From Candidatus Poribacteria bacterium (GTDB lineage Bacteria; Poribacteria; WGA-4E; WGA-3G), in the NCBI GenBank assembly GCA_965242965.1, contig OZ251518.1, positions 4,384,001-4,448,000 on the forward strand: a stretch of 64,000 nucleotides of DNA, given 5' to 3'. Positions 62,221-64,000 of the stretch are shown one piece after another; positions within the stretch are counted from its first letter, which is position 1; each line of letters starts with the position of its first letter. A program made the position numbers and the translations under genes. Under the pieces are notes generated by a model. It saw only the letters and a list, made by a program, of their open reading frames with translations. It was not told the origin of the DNA and did no database searches.

Positions 62221-62306
62221 TCGAGACCGGGAGGTCTCGCCTACCGAATCGAGACCGGGAGGTCTCGCCTACTGGTTCGTAGGGCGAGGGCCTGTCCCTC
62301 GCCATG
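62221..62306. repeat. REP-like hairpins between dop and pup
   Basis: Two TCGAGACCGGGAGGTCTCGCCTAC units and one GTAGGGCGAGGG hairpin. Confidence 0.85.
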
Positions 62307-62335
62307 ATAGGGATAACTGACAATTCAAGGAGAAA

Positions 62336-62536
62336 ATGATGAAAACCGAAAGACAGCAAGAACACCGCGAACACCGCGTGGATGAAACCGAAGATATCCA
62401 GCCTACCGATGTAGACGCTGGTATGGACGAGGAGTTCGCCGAAGATTTGGACGAACTGCTTGACGAGATCGACGAGATTTTGGAAGAGGATTCCGAGGAG
62501 TTCGTCGAGAACTACATCCAACGGGGAGGGCAGTAG
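62336..62536 (+). CDS. pup: Prokaryotic ubiquitin-like protein Pup
   Basis: Acidic 66-aa protein ending DELLDEIDEILEE..EEFVENYIQRGGQ; located between dop and prcB. Confidence 0.93.
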   Translation: MMKTERQQEHREHRVDETEDIQPTDVDAGMDEEFAEDLDELLDEIDEILEEDSEEFVENYIQRGGQ

Positions 62537-62538
62537 GC

Positions 62539-63321
62539 TTGCTAGAGCTCGGCGATTACGGGACTTCCGATTTCTTTCAGATTCTGAAGCGGCGGCACCC
62601 TGAACTGCTTGCTTCGTTGGACGCGCCCGCGGCGCACCCGGCTGATATTCGGCCTTACGAAGGCACCACGGTCTTGGCAGTCGTTTACGGTGAGGGAATC
62701 GTCATTGCCGGTGACCGGCAGGCAACGGAAGGCTATCAGGTAGGCGAACGCCGCATCCAAAAAGTCTACCAGATCGACAAGCGTTCTGCGATAGCCATTG
62801 CCGGCGCGGCAGGTCCGTGCATCGAGATGGCGAAACTCTTCCGAGTGGAGGTAGAGTTTTATGAGAAGACAGAAGGCGTGAGTCTCAGTCTGGAGGGGCA
62901 GGCGAACTTCTTGGCGCACTTGGTGCGCGCTAATTTGGGGCTCGCCATGCAGGGGTTAATCGTTTTGCCGCTCTTCGCCGGCTACGATGCGCGGCGGCAG
63001 CGCGGCCGTATCTTCAAATACGATGCCATCGGTGGCCGCTATGAGGAAGACGACTATTACGCCATCGGTTCCGGCGGCAAGGATGCGCGTGCGACGTTGA
63101 AAAAGCGGTATCGTCCCGGGTTATCGCGGCAAGACGCGCTCGGCATCGTGGCGGAGGCACTCTGGGATGCCGCCGATGAGGATATCGCTACCGGCGGCCC
63201 AGATCTCATCAGGAAGATTTTCCCGACGATGAACCTGATTACCGAAGCCGGTGTCACCGAAATTCCTGATGCTACCGTGGAAGGCATTTATCGGGAACTC
63301 ATCTCACGCCTAGAGCAATAA
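62539..63321 (+). CDS. prcB: 20S proteasome beta subunit
   Basis: Propeptide then G|TTVLA, AGDRQAT, IGSGG, AADED.ATGGPD. Confidence 0.93.
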   Translation: MLELGDYGTSDFFQILKRRHPELLASLDAPAAHPADIRPYEGTTVLAVVYGEGIVIAGDRQATEGYQVGERRIQKVYQIDKRSAIAIAGAAGPCIEMAKLFRVEVEFYEKTEGVSLSLEGQANFLAHLVRANLGLAMQGLIVLPLFAGYDARRQRGRIFKYDAIGGRYEEDDYYAIGSGGKDARATLKKRYRPGLSRQDALGIVAEALWDAADEDIATGGPDLIRKIFPTMNLITEAGVTEIPDATVEGIYRELISRLEQ

Positions 63322-63334
63322 GGAGGGCGGCTGC

Positions 63335-64000
63335 GTGTCCACACCCTATTATGTCTCGTCGGAGCAGATTCGTCAGGATAAAGAGGATTTTGTCCGCCGA
63401 GGCATTCAGCAGGCAAAAGAGGTTATCGTTTTGGAATACCGAGACGGCCTCGTCATGGTGGCGGAGAACCCGCGCAAAACCACCTTTAAAATCTCCGAAA
63501 TTTACGATAGGATTGCGCTGGCATCAGCGGGACGTATCGCTGAATACGAGGCACTCCGCGTCGCCGGCATCCGTGAAGCTGAAATTAAGGGCTTCCGCTA
63601 CTACCGCGAGGATGTCACAGCGAAGTGGCTGACGAACCTCTATTCACAGCACATGGGCGCGGTCGCGCAGGCATGGGATGCGAAACCGCTAGAGATTGAG
63701 CTCCTCGTCTGTGAAGTAGGTAGCGACGAAAGCCGCCCCGGCAATCAGATTTACCACATCGCATTTGATGGCATCTATTGGGAAGAGGAAAAATATGCTG
63801 TCATCGGTGGGCGCGCGGCGGCAATCCGCGAGATGCTTGAGCAGGAATATGCCGATGAGTTAACGCTGATGGCGGCGGTGCAACTCGCAACGCGGTGCTT
63901 TCAGGCAGTTGAAGCCGATGCGGCAGAGACTTATGACATCACGCCGCAGACAATCGAGGTAGCGTGTCTGGAGCAAAGTGCAGAACGGCGCAAATTCCGG
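63335..64000 (+). CDS. prcA: 20S proteasome alpha subunit (truncated by window end)
   Basis: Manual translation from GTG 63335 after AGGAGG: STPYYVSSEQIRQDKEDFVRRGI..AENP..KISEIYDRIA..REDVTA. Confidence 0.92.
   Translation, partial: MSTPYYVSSEQIRQDKEDFVRRGIQQAKEVIVLEYRDGLVMVAENPRKTTFKISEIYDRIALASAGRIAEYEALRVAGIREAEIKGFRYYREDVTAKWLTNLYSQHMGAVAQAWDAKPLEIELLVCEVGSDESRPGNQIYHIAFDGIYWEEEKYAVIGGRAAAIREMLEQEYADELTLMAAVQLATRCFQAVEADAAETYDITPQTIEVACLEQSAERRKFR

Noticed and set aside
63351-63632. 93-aa ORF in the track after prcB
   Set aside because: Wrong frame; the real gene is prcA from GTG 63335, running off the window.
1-64000. Autonomous transposase, integrase or prophage
   Set aside because: No ORF with HUH/Y1, DDE, tyrosine/serine recombinase or phage structural motifs was recognised, so any mobilising enzyme must be encoded elsewhere.

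Overview
Bacterial chromosomal window, most consistent with Candidatus Poribacteria (inferred from DUF1549/1553, PhyH, sulfatase, several Gfo/Idh/MocA enzymes, a lamin-tail surface protein and a C-terminal (K/S)LxT(W/F)GxxK motif; not proven). Housekeeping content: hpt, tilS with an adjacent tRNA(CAU), tRNA-Val, two tRNA-Asp, serS, metH, lolA-pgsA-thpR-recA and an actinobacterial-type Pup-proteasome cluster (arc, dop, pup, prcB, prcA truncated at the edge). Defence-like genes: a fused type IIG R-M enzyme, a sacsin/GHKL-DUF3883 protein, a type II R-M pair, and an MNT-HEPN fusion coupled to a frameshifted ISP-like R-M gene. The main unexplained structure is a dense set of GTAG-footed REP-like hairpin families with compensatory stem changes. 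They fill many intergenic spaces, sit inside a MITE with 15-bp terminal inverted repeats and target duplications, insert in frame into several proteins, supply stop codons and disrupt one R-M gene. A C7 tract puts the strongly promoted start of a large surface-protein gene out of frame, suggesting phase variation or frameshifting. All calls are by eye from motifs; no database searches were run.
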